From a virus (lineage: Duplodnaviria > Caudoviricetes), in the IMG/VR virus record IMGVR_UViG_3300032007_000001: 64,000 nt of DNA; one strand, 5' to 3'. Shown one piece after another: positions 18,459 through 28,817 of the stretch. The translations under genes were made by a program, and so were the position numbers. The notes beneath the pieces were generated by a model. The model was not told the origin of the DNA and ran no database searches. It saw only the letters and a list, made by a program, of their open reading frames with translations. How positions within the stretch are numbered: the first letter of the stretch is position 1; every line of letters starts with the position of its first letter.

Positions 18459-18965
18459 ATGACTAAAATTATAAATTTATACGGTGCACCAGGAGCTGGA
18501 AAATCTACAATTGCTGCTGGATTATTTTATCAAATGAAAATAAAACATTACAAAGTAGAATTAGCTTATGAATGGATAAAAGGAAAAGTATACGAAAATA
18601 GTACATATCCATTTAAAGACCAGATTTATACATTTGCAAAACAATATAAGATGTTGAATCAATTGAGAGACAAGGTGGATTATGTAATTACTGATTCGCC
18701 ATTACTTTTATGTTTAGTATATGGTAAAAATGAATCTGATGCATTTAAGGATTTAGTAAAAGAAAGTTATAATTCTTTTGAAAATATTAATTTCTTTATA
18801 CAAAGAAATCACAAATATGAAAAAATTGGAAGACATCAAACAGAAAAAGAAAGCGATAAAATAGCAAAAGAAATTTTGAACGAATTGGATTGTATGGACA
18901 TTTTCTATGAAATTTACAACAGCGATGAAGCTATTTATAAAATAACAGATAAATTAAATTTGTAA
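18459..18965 (+). CDS. P-loop NTPase/kinase (AAA_28, NadR-like)
   Basis: INLYGAPGAGKST, VITDSPLLL, GRHQT. Confidence 0.75.
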   Translation: MTKIINLYGAPGAGKSTIAAGLFYQMKIKHYKVELAYEWIKGKVYENSTYPFKDQIYTFAKQYKMLNQLRDKVDYVITDSPLLLCLVYGKNESDAFKDLVKESYNSFENINFFIQRNHKYEKIGRHQTEKESDKIAKEILNELDCMDIFYEIYNSDEAIYKITDKLNL

Positions 18966-18977
18966 AGGAGTAAACCA

Positions 18978-19334
18978 ATGAAAAGATTAGCTGAAGATAA
19001 TTATGCAATCAATAGAGCATATGATTATTTTGTTGAACATATAAATAAAGAAGATGTTTTTGAAACAACAGGAAGATTACATTCTTCGTGGGAAAATGCA
19101 AATTCAAATGGATATATAGACGAAAAATATGATTCATTTAATGATTGGATGAAAGATTATGGGAAATCAATTGCTGCGGATTTAATATCATTATTAAAAA
19201 ATAATGATGATGAATTCAATGCACTTTTATCAGATGTAAAATATACTGAAAAAGACGAATTTGAAGAAAGAGTTTTTGAATACTTACAAAGCATAAATGA
19301 AGAAATTGAAAATGGAATCAACGAATCTAATTAA
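18978..19334 (+). CDS. hypothetical acidic protein (MKRLA leader)
   Basis: AAGGAG RBS. Confidence 0.7.
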   Translation: MKRLAEDNYAINRAYDYFVEHINKEDVFETTGRLHSSWENANSNGYIDEKYDSFNDWMKDYGKSIAADLISLLKNNDDEFNALLSDVKYTEKDEFEERVFEYLQSINEEIENGINESN

Positions 19335-19614
19335 TTGGCAATATTTGCCAATAGAAAAAAATTCAATATTAAATATCAGCAACGGTAAATATGTAGAAAC
19401 TTTTGATAAATACAATCATCCATTTATGCTTTGCGTTGGTATAAGAAAGAATGCATATTATTTATATTTAATAGAAAAAATTAATGGATTCTCAAAAAGA
19501 TTTATTTGTGGTTCGTTTGAAGAAGCCGATGAATTGGCTTTAAGAATTATTGGTTTTTTATTGCAAGGGAATGGAGTAATGACTATTATAAAAGGGAGTG
19601 AGAAAAATGATTAG
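19297..19614 (+). CDS. hypothetical protein
   Basis: 105-aa ORF bridging its neighbours. Confidence 0.55.
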   Translation: MKKLKMESTNLINWQYLPIEKNSILNISNGKYVETFDKYNHPFMLCVGIRKNAYYLYLIEKINGFSKRFICGSFEEADELALRIIGFLLQGNGVMTIIKGSEKND

Positions 19615-20407
19615 CAATGTTGGATTAAATAATATTAATAAAACATCAAATGCAATGGCAAATAGCATTCAAAAAATTGCAAGTGGTTCAAATAATCCAT
19701 CTGCGAAGTTCGGCGTAGCGTCTTATTCAATTACGCAAAAGATAACTTCAAATATTTCTGCCATTGCTCAATCAAATAAAAATACACAAAACGCAAATGC
19801 TATGTTAAATGTAGCAGCTGGTGGAGTATCTTCTACAGTTAATGCGTTAAGCGATATAAAATCAAAGCTTTTACAAGCAAATAATGGTACGAACAATGAT
19901 AGTGATAGAGCTGCTATTTCTCAATCAATAACGCAATCTATTGCTACTATCAACGAAAATGCTAATATCGAATATAATGGCGAGAAGTTATTAGACGGCA
20001 ATAATTCAATTACTGTCGCTGGAATGAGTGGATATGATACATTGAAATTAGGAAATATGTCCTCTCAGGCACTTGGTTTGACTGATAGTGATGGTAATAT
20101 TACGCTGGATTTATCATCGTCTTCTGGACTGGCCAGTGCAATCGACACGGTGGATAATGCTTTGGATAAAGCATTGAATATGTCAACAGATATTGGTTCT
20201 ATGCAACAAGGATTGAATGCTCAAGAAAGTAATTACACCGTAATGGAAGAATCTCTTGTTGGAGCTGTTTCTGCAAATGATGATACTGATATCGTCGCTG
20301 AAATTACAAAACTTAAATCAGAAAGTACATTAAATCAGATTGCTTTAATAACGCAAAAAATGTTTATGCATGATAATGCAAGAGTATTATCACTCTTACA
20401 AAATTAA
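19598..20407 (+). CDS. fliC: flagellin-like protein
   Basis: SIQKIASG, QSNKNTQNANAMLNVAAGG, ANNGTNNDSDRAAI, YNGEKLLDG, DTDIVAEIT, VLSLLQ; likely start ATG 19607. Confidence 0.85.
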   Translation: MRKMISNVGLNNINKTSNAMANSIQKIASGSNNPSAKFGVASYSITQKITSNISAIAQSNKNTQNANAMLNVAAGGVSSTVNALSDIKSKLLQANNGTNNDSDRAAISQSITQSIATINENANIEYNGEKLLDGNNSITVAGMSGYDTLKLGNMSSQALGLTDSDGNITLDLSSSSGLASAIDTVDNALDKALNMSTDIGSMQQGLNAQESNYTVMEESLVGAVSANDDTDIVAEITKLKSESTLNQIALITQKMFMHDNARVLSLLQN

Positions 20408-20416
20408 GGAGTAAAA

Positions 20417-20638
20417 ATGAAAAGATTACAAAAAATGGCATCAATGGATTATGAAACGCTTTTGAGTGATTATGCATATAGATGTCAAATGTCTTATGGT
20501 AATGTATTATGTTCCATTGACGGTTTTAGAGAATTCGTTGAAGATAATAATATGAACGGTGACGAAGCATTGGAAGTATTGGATATATATGATGAAGGAG
20601 ATTTAGAAAGAAGAGTAAAAGAACAACTATGTATGTAA
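20417..20638 (+). CDS. hypothetical acidic protein (MKRLQKMAS leader)
   Basis: AAGGAG RBS; terminator hairpin follows. Confidence 0.65.
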   Translation: MKRLQKMASMDYETLLSDYAYRCQMSYGNVLCSIDGFREFVEDNNMNGDEALEVLDIYDEGDLERRVKEQLCM

Positions 20639-20681
20639 AATAATTAAAGCCACTGGCATTTACCAATGGCTTTTTGTTTTA

Positions 20682-21263
20682 TTATTTTTTGAAACCTCTA
20701 ATAAGAATCTTTGTTTTGATTTTCATGTTATCTTTGAAGTTCATTGGACTGATTGAAGAGGAATGGAAAATCGAGTAAATCATTTCGTTGATAACCTCTA
20801 TTGGGATATCCTTTCTAAATTCTCCAGTGGTCTGTCCTCTTACAATGATACTGGAAAATGTACCAATGAATTTTTGCAATTGACTTTTCCAGAAATTGTT
20901 TTTTGTACGATTCGGACGTGCTGATTTTTTATAGTTGAATAACAACGGCATGATGAATTCATTGTCTCCAAGATGATTTGACATCAATGTCATTGCGTTT
21001 TCAAATGTTTCCTCTTGCGTTTTTTTGCTTTGCTTCACCATGTCTTTTGTTTCATCAATGAATGTGTTCAGCAAATCAGAAATGAGTGCTTCTTTCGATT
21101 CAAAGTAGTTGTAAAATGTACCAAGACCGAGATTGGCATCAGTCATGATATCAGCAATTGAAGATTTGCTGATGCCATAGTTTGAGAAAAATTTTGTTGC
21201 TGACGAAACGATTGTTTTTTTGACCTTTGCCTTACTTTGTTCACGGCGTCCAAGAATTTTCAT
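20682..21263 (-). CDS. TetR/AcrR family transcriptional regulator
   Basis: IVSSATKFFSNYG...SIADIM..ANLGLGTFYNYFESKEALI; GQTTGEFRKDI. Confidence 0.9.
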   Translation of the reverse strand: MKILGRREQSKAKVKKTIVSSATKFFSNYGISKSSIADIMTDANLGLGTFYNYFESKEALISDLLNTFIDETKDMVKQSKKTQEETFENAMTLMSNHLGDNEFIMPLLFNYKKSARPNRTKNNFWKSQLQKFIGTFSSIIVRGQTTGEFRKDIPIEVINEMIYSIFHSSSISPMNFKDNMKIKTKILIRGFKK

Positions 21264-21335
21264 AATGGTTCTCTCCTTTTTAATTTTGTAAATTTCAAAA
21301 CTCCCAATCCTTTTGAATTGGGAGTTATTGACTTT

Positions 21336-22217
21336 TTAGAAGATTTCGGTGTCCATATCATCATCGTCATCATCGATGCCAAGAGCTTTGGTGACTTTTG
21401 AGATATCAATATCGTCTTCTTTGATTGCTTTTTGCTTTTTGGATTTAGGAGGATTATTGAAGTTATCCTGCAGAATAGCAATCTTCTCAAGCGAAACCTT
21501 GTGTTTGATTACAGCATACAGTCCGTCGCTACCATATAAGTGCCGGCGGTAAATAGGTACGCAAGTTTGGCATCCATTTTCGTCTACCGGTCTTTCATCG
21601 CACCATACTGCTGCGAAGAAGTAGGAATTGCAGCGGTCATAAGCTCTTACATGGACGTTGATGACTCCAGCTCTGGCAGTCTGTACAGGAATCGTTTCGG
21701 TATAGATGCACTTTTTAGTAGTTGCTTTTTCAATCGTCGGATATTTTGCAAAAAGTCCATCTTTGATAATTTCATTTCGTTCGGGGTCGTTTTTGCCTTC
21801 TTCGTCTAATTCCAATTCGTACATGCGGTCCGCAACCTCTTTGGCCTCTACATCATAGCCAGCAATTTTGTTGCGAAGTTCTTTCTGCTTTCTTTCACGG
21901 TCAGCTTTTTTGATTCGATTATCGCGTTCGATATCATCGAAGTTCGCAGCTTTTTTCGTCTCATAGATGAAAGTTCTGCTTGCAATTTCGTAATAGTGAG
22001 ACATATCTCTATCAAGCGAAGAACCAACAGAAACTTCATTTTCAACAGCGTCATCATACAGGACAGCAAGGCGAAGTTTATCTTCCTGAGTCCCCTGATA
22101 GCAAAGCTTGTAATACATGAACATCCAATAGAGATACTTGGTAATGCCGCAGATATAATCACGATGGCCAGGAGTCTCGTAGTCTTTCATCCATTCGTAA
22201 TTTTTATTCTTAAACAT
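21336..22217 (-). CDS. hypothetical protein
   Basis: 293-aa ORF with AAGGAGG RBS and a strong promoter; acidic C-terminal tail. Confidence 0.75.
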   Translation of the reverse strand: MFKNKNYEWMKDYETPGHRDYICGITKYLYWMFMYYKLCYQGTQEDKLRLAVLYDDAVENEVSVGSSLDRDMSHYYEIASRTFIYETKKAANFDDIERDNRIKKADRERKQKELRNKIAGYDVEAKEVADRMYELELDEEGKNDPERNEIIKDGLFAKYPTIEKATTKKCIYTETIPVQTARAGVINVHVRAYDRCNSYFFAAVWCDERPVDENGCQTCVPIYRRHLYGSDGLYAVIKHKVSLEKIAILQDNFNNPPKSKKQKAIKEDDIDISKVTKALGIDDDDDDMDTEIF

Positions 22218-22246
22218 TGTTTGTACCTCCTTTGTTCTATGGTTAT

Positions 22247-22275
22247 ATTATACCACAGAATAAGGAAAAAGTAAA
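22247..22275 (-). promoter_or_regulatory. sigma70-type promoter
   Basis: TTTACT, 17 bp, TG-G-TATAAT on the minus strand. Confidence 0.7.
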
Positions 22276-22297
22276 TAGTTTTGTGCAAAAAAATCGT

Positions 22298-22852
22298 TCA
22301 AAAACCAAATTTTTTCAATATCTCAAAGGATTTTAAGCTTGACATCATATTTTCATATCCAACATTTGAAAGAAAATCATGACAATCTATTTGCGTTTTG
22401 GGATTCGAATTAATTCGTTTTTTAATATAATCATATTTGTCGAAAAATTCTTTTTTAGATGGAATTGTCATACAATCATACGTATATCCAGAACAACCAA
22501 GGTATTTATCGTTTATATCTGAAAATAAGTAATCAATTCCCAGCCCAGAAAATACTGTTTTCATATTAAAATTAAAAAACTTATGCTTAAATACCATCGT
22601 TTTAGCCGAATGACAAATTTGTAAATCTAAAATAAGTGTTTTATTGTTCGAACCAATAATTGTATATTGATAAATATGATAAAAAAATCCAAAATTTTTT
22701 TGAGCACATTCATAACAAACTGTAATTGTTTTTGATTGATATTTATGATAACGTAATGCTATTTCGACACTATTCCCCTGCGTATTGCCACAAAAATGAC
22801 ATGGTGCATGTATTATATTATCATTGTATTTTTCATCAAAAATATCAATCAT
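22298..22852 (-). CDS. Zn-finger hypothetical protein, G[LF]-tail family
   Basis: CHFC...CYEC; ends ...KKFGF*. Confidence 0.7.
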   Translation of the reverse strand: MIDIFDEKYNDNIIHAPCHFCGNTQGNSVEIALRYHKYQSKTITVCYECAQKNFGFFYHIYQYTIIGSNNKTLILDLQICHSAKTMVFKHKFFNFNMKTVFSGLGIDYLFSDINDKYLGCSGYTYDCMTIPSKKEFFDKYDYIKKRINSNPKTQIDCHDFLSNVGYENMMSSLKSFEILKKFGF

Positions 22853-22860
22853 AAATTACC

Positions 22861-23511
22861 TCAAAGACCAAATATTTTTTTATCTACTCCAATCTCAAGA
22901 GTTTTTGTCATGCAATCATAAATATACTTAATCAATTTTTCATTTCTTACAACTTTTTGCTTTGATTCTAATTTGGCTCTATCTGCATGTTTTATCATCC
23001 TATAATAAAATTCATCATATGAAGGAAGACAATATGGCGTAAATTCATCATTAATAGAAATTTCATTTTCACTTCCAAATGTATTTTTATGTCTTCCAAT
23101 GTTTTTCAAACTTTTCAATTTTATATAGCATTTCATTTCGAAAATCATATTTACTAAAGATTTTCGAAAATATGTAGAATAACGTTTTGTTTTATGTTGT
23201 TCAAATCTTACTTTAATGCTTTCAATATCTTCTATTCCAAGTTTTTCTCCATCAGAACGATGATTGTGAACAAATATGCAATTTCTCGTATTGTAGCAAT
23301 TATCGCATACGTGTTTACCATCATGCAACACTTTTATATTTTTATATTCAACTATACGTTGTCCAAGCGGTACAAATCCCAAACTTCCGTCAATTATAAA
23401 AGCATGGATAATTTCTCCGCAAACAGCACAACGCTCTTTTATAGATTCTGCTTTCTTAATTTTATTTTTTATTTTCATTATTTCAAATTCTTTAATTGCT
23501 TTTTTAGCCAC
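22861..23511 (-). CDS. Zn-finger paralogue, GL-tail family
   Basis: CAVC...CDNC, HNHRSDGEK, KCYI.L.SL..GR..FG..NEI; ends KIFGL*. Confidence 0.75.
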   Translation of the reverse strand: MAKKAIKEFEIMKIKNKIKKAESIKERCAVCGEIIHAFIIDGSLGFVPLGQRIVEYKNIKVLHDGKHVCDNCYNTRNCIFVHNHRSDGEKLGIEDIESIKVRFEQHKTKRYSTYFRKSLVNMIFEMKCYIKLKSLKNIGRHKNTFGSENEISINDEFTPYCLPSYDEFYYRMIKHADRAKLESKQKVVRNEKLIKYIYDCMTKTLEIGVDKKIFGL

Positions 23512-23529
23512 ATCAATCCCTCAGAAAAA

Positions 23530-24228
23530 TCATAATCCAAATATTGTTTTATCAAGACCAACTTTTAATGTTTTAATAAAACAATTATACATATATTTAA
23601 TTAATTTTTCATTTTGCAATATTGTTTGTTTTTCTTTTATCCTTGCACGCAAAGCGTGATATAATATTCTTTTTTGAAATCTTTCGTATGATGGAGCACC
23701 AAAAGGCATAAATTCATCATTTATTGTAATTTCATTGTCTTTCCCAAAACCATTATTTCTCCCAGAATTTTTTAGACTATATAAGGTTATATAACATTTC
23801 ATTTTAAGTTTGGTATTATATATATATTGTTTTGTTTTTAAATTAAAAATTTTATCTCTAATGTGTTCAAATCTGACTTTTATAGTTTCTAAATCATCAA
23901 TATTTAATTTTTCGCCATTAGACCTATGATTATGAATAAAATAACAATTTAATTTATTAAAACAATTAATACATATTTCTTTTCCATTATTTAATGTTAT
24001 ACTTTCATCATATATAGAAGTTGGTTCGTTAAGTACATTTGTTGTATTATTATTTGATATAATTTTTTTCATTGTAAGAATTTTTATATTATATTTGGCT
24101 GAGATGATTTCTCCACAAATATGACATCTTTTTTTTATTTCAATAAGATTTTTCTTTCTTTTAATGGCAAAAGGTCTTTTATTCATTATTTCAAATTCTT
24201 TAATTGCTCTTTTAGCCACATTTATCAC
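23530..24228 (-). CDS. Zn-finger paralogue, GL-tail family
   Basis: CHIC...CINC, HNHRSNGEK; ends TIFGL*. Confidence 0.75.
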   Translation of the reverse strand: MINVAKRAIKEFEIMNKRPFAIKRKKNLIEIKKRCHICGEIISAKYNIKILTMKKIISNNNTTNVLNEPTSIYDESITLNNGKEICINCFNKLNCYFIHNHRSNGEKLNIDDLETIKVRFEHIRDKIFNLKTKQYIYNTKLKMKCYITLYSLKNSGRNNGFGKDNEITINDEFMPFGAPSYERFQKRILYHALRARIKEKQTILQNEKLIKYMYNCFIKTLKVGLDKTIFGL

Positions 24229-24237
24229 CCGTTTCTA

Positions 24238-24266
24238 ATTATAACAAAATTTTTAATAAATGTAAA
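24238..24266 (-). promoter_or_regulatory. sigma70-type promoter
   Basis: TTTACA, 17 bp, TG-T-TATAAT on the minus strand. Confidence 0.65.
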
Positions 24267-24309
24267 TAATTAAGTACATAAAAAATGCCGATTAATACCG
24301 GCATAAATT

Positions 24310-24930
24310 TTATAACCCATTCATCAATGTTATATATTGTTTGTCTATTCCAACATTCATGCTATGTTTTATGCATTCATATAAATATTTAATAAATCTA
24401 TCATTAGCTAGCAAAGCTTTTTTACTTGGTATCTTAGCTCTTTTACTATATATTAGTATATCATTCTTAAAATCATTAAATTTTGGAATATCCATCATAT
24501 CATTTCTAAAACTTTTTTCAAAAATAATTTCTTTTTCATTATCAAATGAAGTTGTACGATGAGAATCCTCAAGACTTTTTAAGTCTATATAACACGTAAA
24601 TCCAAATGAATGTATACGTTTATATATGACTATCTTTATTCTTTCAGCATCATTTATTTTTTCTTTTTTACCATTTGTTCTATATTCATGATAAAATGTT
24701 CCAAAAATTTTATTGTAGCATGTACAGCATAGTTCTTTTCCTTCGAAATCATATATACAACCAATTATTTGGTTTTCAGACTTAAAATAAAAAGGTTTTC
24801 CACATTTCGAGCAATAATGTATTACTCCGTTTTTGTCATTTTTGTGTTTTTCTATTTGTGGAATTATCAACATTTCGTTACATTGAAATGCATTTTTTAC
24901 GTTCATATGTTTCTCCTTATAATCCATCAA
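24310..24930 (-). CDS. Zn-finger paralogue, GL-tail family
   Basis: CSKC...CCTC; ends LMNGL*. Confidence 0.75.
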   Translation of the reverse strand: MMDYKEKHMNVKNAFQCNEMLIIPQIEKHKNDKNGVIHYCSKCGKPFYFKSENQIIGCIYDFEGKELCCTCYNKIFGTFYHEYRTNGKKEKINDAERIKIVIYKRIHSFGFTCYIDLKSLEDSHRTTSFDNEKEIIFEKSFRNDMMDIPKFNDFKNDILIYSKRAKIPSKKALLANDRFIKYLYECIKHSMNVGIDKQYITLMNGL

Positions 24931-25513
24931 TTAGTGTTAACATTTTTTTATCAACACCAATGTTAAAACTATATGTTATGCATTCATATAGATAATTTAT
25001 AAATTTTTTATCAATTAATAATTCTTTTTTGTCTTTTATTTTTGCTCTTTTACTTAATGTTGTCATTATGTTTGTAAATTCTTCGAATGTTGGTACTTTA
25101 TAGTAATCAAAGTTACATTCAAAAGAAATTTCATTTTCTTTTCCAAAAAATGTACTTCTACCTGAAGCTTTTAAGCTGGTCAAATCTGCATAACACTTGA
25201 GATGAAATTTTTTAAAAAATCTAGAAAGTTCGACTTTTAATCTTTCAACGTTGTTTATATTTTCTTTTTCTCCGCGAGTTTTATATGTATGAGAAAAAAA
25301 ACTATGTCTTTTTTTATAGCAATCTTCACATATTTTTTTTCCGCAATCCATTTCCATATAATGTGTACTAAATCTTGGAGAACGTATTTCCATTGGGTTT
25401 CCACAAATAGGACAATACGTTATTTTTGCATCAATATAGTATTTTTTGTCAAAATCCATTATATAATTTGTACGCATTTCTAAATTGTCTTTTACCATTA
25501 AAAATGCCTCCAA
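24917..25513 (-). CDS. Zn-finger paralogue, GL-tail family
   Basis: CPIC...CEDC; ends LIDGL*. Confidence 0.75.
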   Translation of the reverse strand: MEAFLMVKDNLEMRTNYIMDFDKKYYIDAKITYCPICGNPMEIRSPRFSTHYMEMDCGKKICEDCYKKRHSFFSHTYKTRGEKENINNVERLKVELSRFFKKFHLKCYADLTSLKASGRSTFFGKENEISFECNFDYYKVPTFEEFTNIMTTLSKRAKIKDKKELLIDKKFINYLYECITYSFNIGVDKKMLTLIDGL

Positions 25514-25534
25514 ACCTTTTATTTCTATATATTC

Positions 25535-25563
25535 ATTATACCATAGAATTAAAAAAAAGTAAA
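25535..25563 (-). promoter_or_regulatory. sigma70-type promoter
   Basis: TTTACT, 17 bp, TG-G-TATAAT on the minus strand. Confidence 0.7.
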
Positions 25564-25593
25564 TAAAAAAGAGGCTTTTCTAGCCTCTTTTGT

Positions 25594-26661
25594 TTAAGTC
25601 AAATATGAGAATATGTTATTCGAAGATTCTTTTATTTTGAAAGATTTTATTTTGTCTTTCATATTGTTGTCAAAGATATATGCATCTTTTGCATTTGGAA
25701 TCAATGCGCCTTCTTCTTCATCATATTCAAATTTGCTCATATCCAATCTGCATGTCATTCCGGAATCATTGCCTTCTAAATATACTCTTTGCGGGTCGCT
25801 GGAAAAAATATCCAATCTTTCTTTTCCGAACAATGTTTGCTTATTTGTAACTACTTCAATATCATATACTTCATTTCCAACATTTAAGATATTCATATCG
25901 TCAATGAAGTCTACGAATTTTTCACCTTGATTTAATTCAAATGCAATGCTTCTTAAGCAATCATAATTTAATCTTACTTTTTGAGCAAATGCTACTACAT
26001 TAATGATTTCGCTATGATATTTTTTATCCACATTGTCGTTTAAGTATTCTTCAATTTCTTCAGTTTTTGGATATAAAAATCTGAAATGATAATGGAACCG
26101 TCCAGGACGATTGATGAAATATTCGCTGATATCGCTTATTTTATTGCATGTGACTAAAAATAATTTTTTATTTACATCAGAACCGTCAAATAAACTTAAC
26201 ATTTCATCTTGAGGACGATTGCTGTCATTGTCATAATCTTCAGCATTTTGATGGAATAATTTATCAAATTCATCTAAGAAAATAACTGCTTCACAATCAA
26301 TCTTATGAAGATAATCTGCAATGCCTGGAATATATGAAGATACAATTATTACAGGATAACCTTTCTTCATCATTCCACTGCAAATCATCTTGCATACGAG
26401 ACTTTTCCCCATGCCTTTATTGCCACTAAGCAATACACCGAGATTTCTATCAAACTTTTCAAATGTATTGATTACTTTTTGACTTTTTCTTGTGTGGTCG
26501 CCATATACTTTTTCATTGACAACAATGTCGTAATCTTTCATCAAGAAAAATCCTTGCATTTTGTCAAATCCAATTCTATATGTAGCAGCAGGAAGCTTTT
26601 CAAATGTCTGAACACTATCATCAAACACCTGATATTGCCCATTTGAATAAATATACTTCAT
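25594..26661 (-). CDS. AAA+ family ATPase
   Basis: GVLLSGNKGMGKS Walker A, IFLDEFDK Walker B, NRPGRFHY. Confidence 0.88.
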   Translation of the reverse strand: MKYIYSNGQYQVFDDSVQTFEKLPAATYRIGFDKMQGFFLMKDYDIVVNEKVYGDHTRKSQKVINTFEKFDRNLGVLLSGNKGMGKSLVCKMICSGMMKKGYPVIIVSSYIPGIADYLHKIDCEAVIFLDEFDKLFHQNAEDYDNDSNRPQDEMLSLFDGSDVNKKLFLVTCNKISDISEYFINRPGRFHYHFRFLYPKTEEIEEYLNDNVDKKYHSEIINVVAFAQKVRLNYDCLRSIAFELNQGEKFVDFIDDMNILNVGNEVYDIEVVTNKQTLFGKERLDIFSSDPQRVYLEGNDSGMTCRLDMSKFEYDEEEGALIPNAKDAYIFDNNMKDKIKSFKIKESSNNIFSYLT

Positions 26662-26675
26662 AAATTTACTCCTTC

Positions 26676-27038
26676 TTAAAATTGGCTTTCGTTATTTAAC
26701 GCATTAAATAAATATGTATTGTCCTTAAAATATCCCAATTGTTGATTTAACGAACTATGAAATTCTTTCATAGAATCTGCATCTTCGTTTGTTGGCAATT
26801 CCACTGTTTGCTGAAGTTTTTCATACAATTTTGGGTATCTATCATATAATTCATTCAAATCTTTATAAAGATTTATATACGTTTCAAGCAAAGCATCAGC
26901 ACTATCTTTTATTTCCAATAATTTAGCTCTTGCAGAAATTATTTCTTCTTTTGCGTCATTTGCCTTTTCATTGAGGTTTAGAGATATTACTCGCTTCAGC
27001 CTCTTTTTGTTGGATGAGCGATTCGAGTCCTTGTTCAT
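26676..27038 (-). CDS. hypothetical helical protein
   Basis: 120-aa ORF with basic N-terminus KRLKRVIS. Confidence 0.6.
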   Translation of the reverse strand: MNKDSNRSSNKKRLKRVISLNLNEKANDAKEEIISARAKLLEIKDSADALLETYINLYKDLNELYDRYPKLYEKLQQTVELPTNEDADSMKEFHSSLNQQLGYFKDNTYLFNALNNESQF

Positions 27039-28356
27039 CTATTTCAACTCCAAGTTCTTTCATTGTATTCGGTAACCAATTTTTATATACTTCAAGCGGT
27101 CTCGGATAATTCTCTGCAAATGTAAGTTTTTTCAATAATTCATTTTTTAATTCTCCAACCCATTTGCCGTCTGTTTTGTTTTTTGACGATTTAAGAATTT
27201 CCTGTCCAGTAACATGCAATTGATTAACAAAATATGGTCTTGCACAAAGCCAAAAATATATTTTTTCTGGTTTTGTTTTGTCACCAGTCTTGATAATATA
27301 TTTTCTATTATTTCTGTCTATAAGCATTTTAAGATAATGTATGTCTTTCTTTTTTTCTTCTTTGCCTATAGAACCAGCAATCTTCTTGATGCAATCGTTG
27401 TCACTTTCAACATCAAAAAAGTCCTTATTGTTGATTAACCACTTTATGGTATTCAATTCTTCTTTATTGAAAACATTGAATTTGGTTAATTCATCAATAT
27501 GTTTATTATCAATCAATTCTGACCAAATTTCCAATTCTCTGTCTTCCAATTTATTGAATTTTTCAATATCAAAATCAATATTTTCAAAAGCTTCAAAAAT
27601 TGGAGTTTGTATATTATTGATTGAGCATTTAGCGGAGAAAATATGATATTGATTCATTAATTTCAAAGCATCATTGGCATATTTCCCCTTTATGATTTTT
27701 CTAAGTTCTGTTCCAATTCTTTCTCCAGGAACAACAGAAAGATATTGTTTGCATTCATTTATTCCATTAAGAGTTGTTTCTTCTATTTCATATCCAAATT
27801 GTGACATAAAACGAAAAGCTCTTAAAATGCGTAAAGGGTCTTCATAAAATCTTTCTTTGGGATTTCCAATTGCTCTTATTATTTTATTTTGTACGTCATC
27901 AATACTGCTATATGAATTTCCATTATAATCAAATTTATAATCTACAAATTCGCCTTTATTCGTTAAAGCAATTGCATTGATACTAAAATCTCTTCTCGCT
28001 CTATCTTCATCCAATGTTTTTACAGTTTGAACGATTGGGTCTAGAAGTTTATTTCCATTTTCATCATAATAATTATCACTTCTATATGTAGCGATTTCAA
28101 AATTTTCACCAGCAAATGGTACAACCAATACGTTAAATGCTTTTCCAACATCATTGCTTCTTGGAAAAAGCGATTTTAATTTTTCTGTTTCAGCACTTGT
28201 TACGATATCAACATCTTTTGCTTTTATTCTATCTTTGTGAAATTGATTATGAAACATTGTTCTTGGTTTCCCACCAATAATATATGCTTCATATCCTGCT
28301 TTTACTATGATATTGACTAAAGCTTTTGCCGCTTCTAATGTATTGTCTTTCATCAT
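26968..28356 (-). CDS. cca: CCA tRNA nucleotidyltransferase / poly(A) polymerase family protein
   Basis: AYIIGG..R, KDVDIVT, EIATYR, DRARRDFSINA, RFYEDPLRILRAFRF, ERIGTEL. Confidence 0.9.
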   Translation of the reverse strand: MMKDNTLEAAKALVNIIVKAGYEAYIIGGKPRTMFHNQFHKDRIKAKDVDIVTSAETEKLKSLFPRSNDVGKAFNVLVVPFAGENFEIATYRSDNYYDENGNKLLDPIVQTVKTLDEDRARRDFSINAIALTNKGEFVDYKFDYNGNSYSSIDDVQNKIIRAIGNPKERFYEDPLRILRAFRFMSQFGYEIEETTLNGINECKQYLSVVPGERIGTELRKIIKGKYANDALKLMNQYHIFSAKCSINNIQTPIFEAFENIDFDIEKFNKLEDRELEIWSELIDNKHIDELTKFNVFNKEELNTIKWLINNKDFFDVESDNDCIKKIAGSIGKEEKKKDIHYLKMLIDRNNRKYIIKTGDKTKPEKIYFWLCARPYFVNQLHVTGQEILKSSKNKTDGKWVGELKNELLKKLTFAENYPRPLEVYKNWLPNTMKELGVEIDEQGLESLIQQKEAEASNISKPQ

Positions 28357-28373
28357 TTATAAGAGTCCTTTCA

Positions 28374-28817
28374 TTATTCACTATAGTATTGAGACCATTT
28401 CTTATAACCAGCTACTATATAAGCAACCCAAGCTTTATACGGTTTTTCTACGAATTCTGCACTTCGTTCTTCATATGTTAAGTTAATATAATTCATATCA
28501 AAATTGGAATAAATATTGATATAAAAATTACTAAAATAATTATCTGGGTCTATGCTTTCTCTATAATTTTCTGGACAAATCAATTTAATGTCAACTATGA
28601 TTGAAGTAGAACCGCAGTCCTCATAAAATTTATTGATATAAGGCTTCAATTGAGAAAATTGCATATATCCTGAATTGAATGCTGTATTTATGTCCATATT
28701 GATTCCAGTATCTGAAGAAAGAGTAAATCTTTTTGTTTCCCATGATAAGAATTCTTCTTGATAATCTAAATAACTCATTATTTCTTCATATGATTCAAAA
28801 TAAATTTTATATCCCAT
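28374..28817 (-). CDS. hypothetical protein
   Basis: 147-aa ORF with GGAGG RBS. Confidence 0.65.
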   Translation of the reverse strand: MGYKIYFESYEEIMSYLDYQEEFLSWETKRFTLSSDTGINMDINTAFNSGYMQFSQLKPYINKFYEDCGSTSIIVDIKLICPENYRESIDPDNYFSNFYINIYSNFDMNYINLTYEERSAEFVEKPYKAWVAYIVAGYKKWSQYYSE

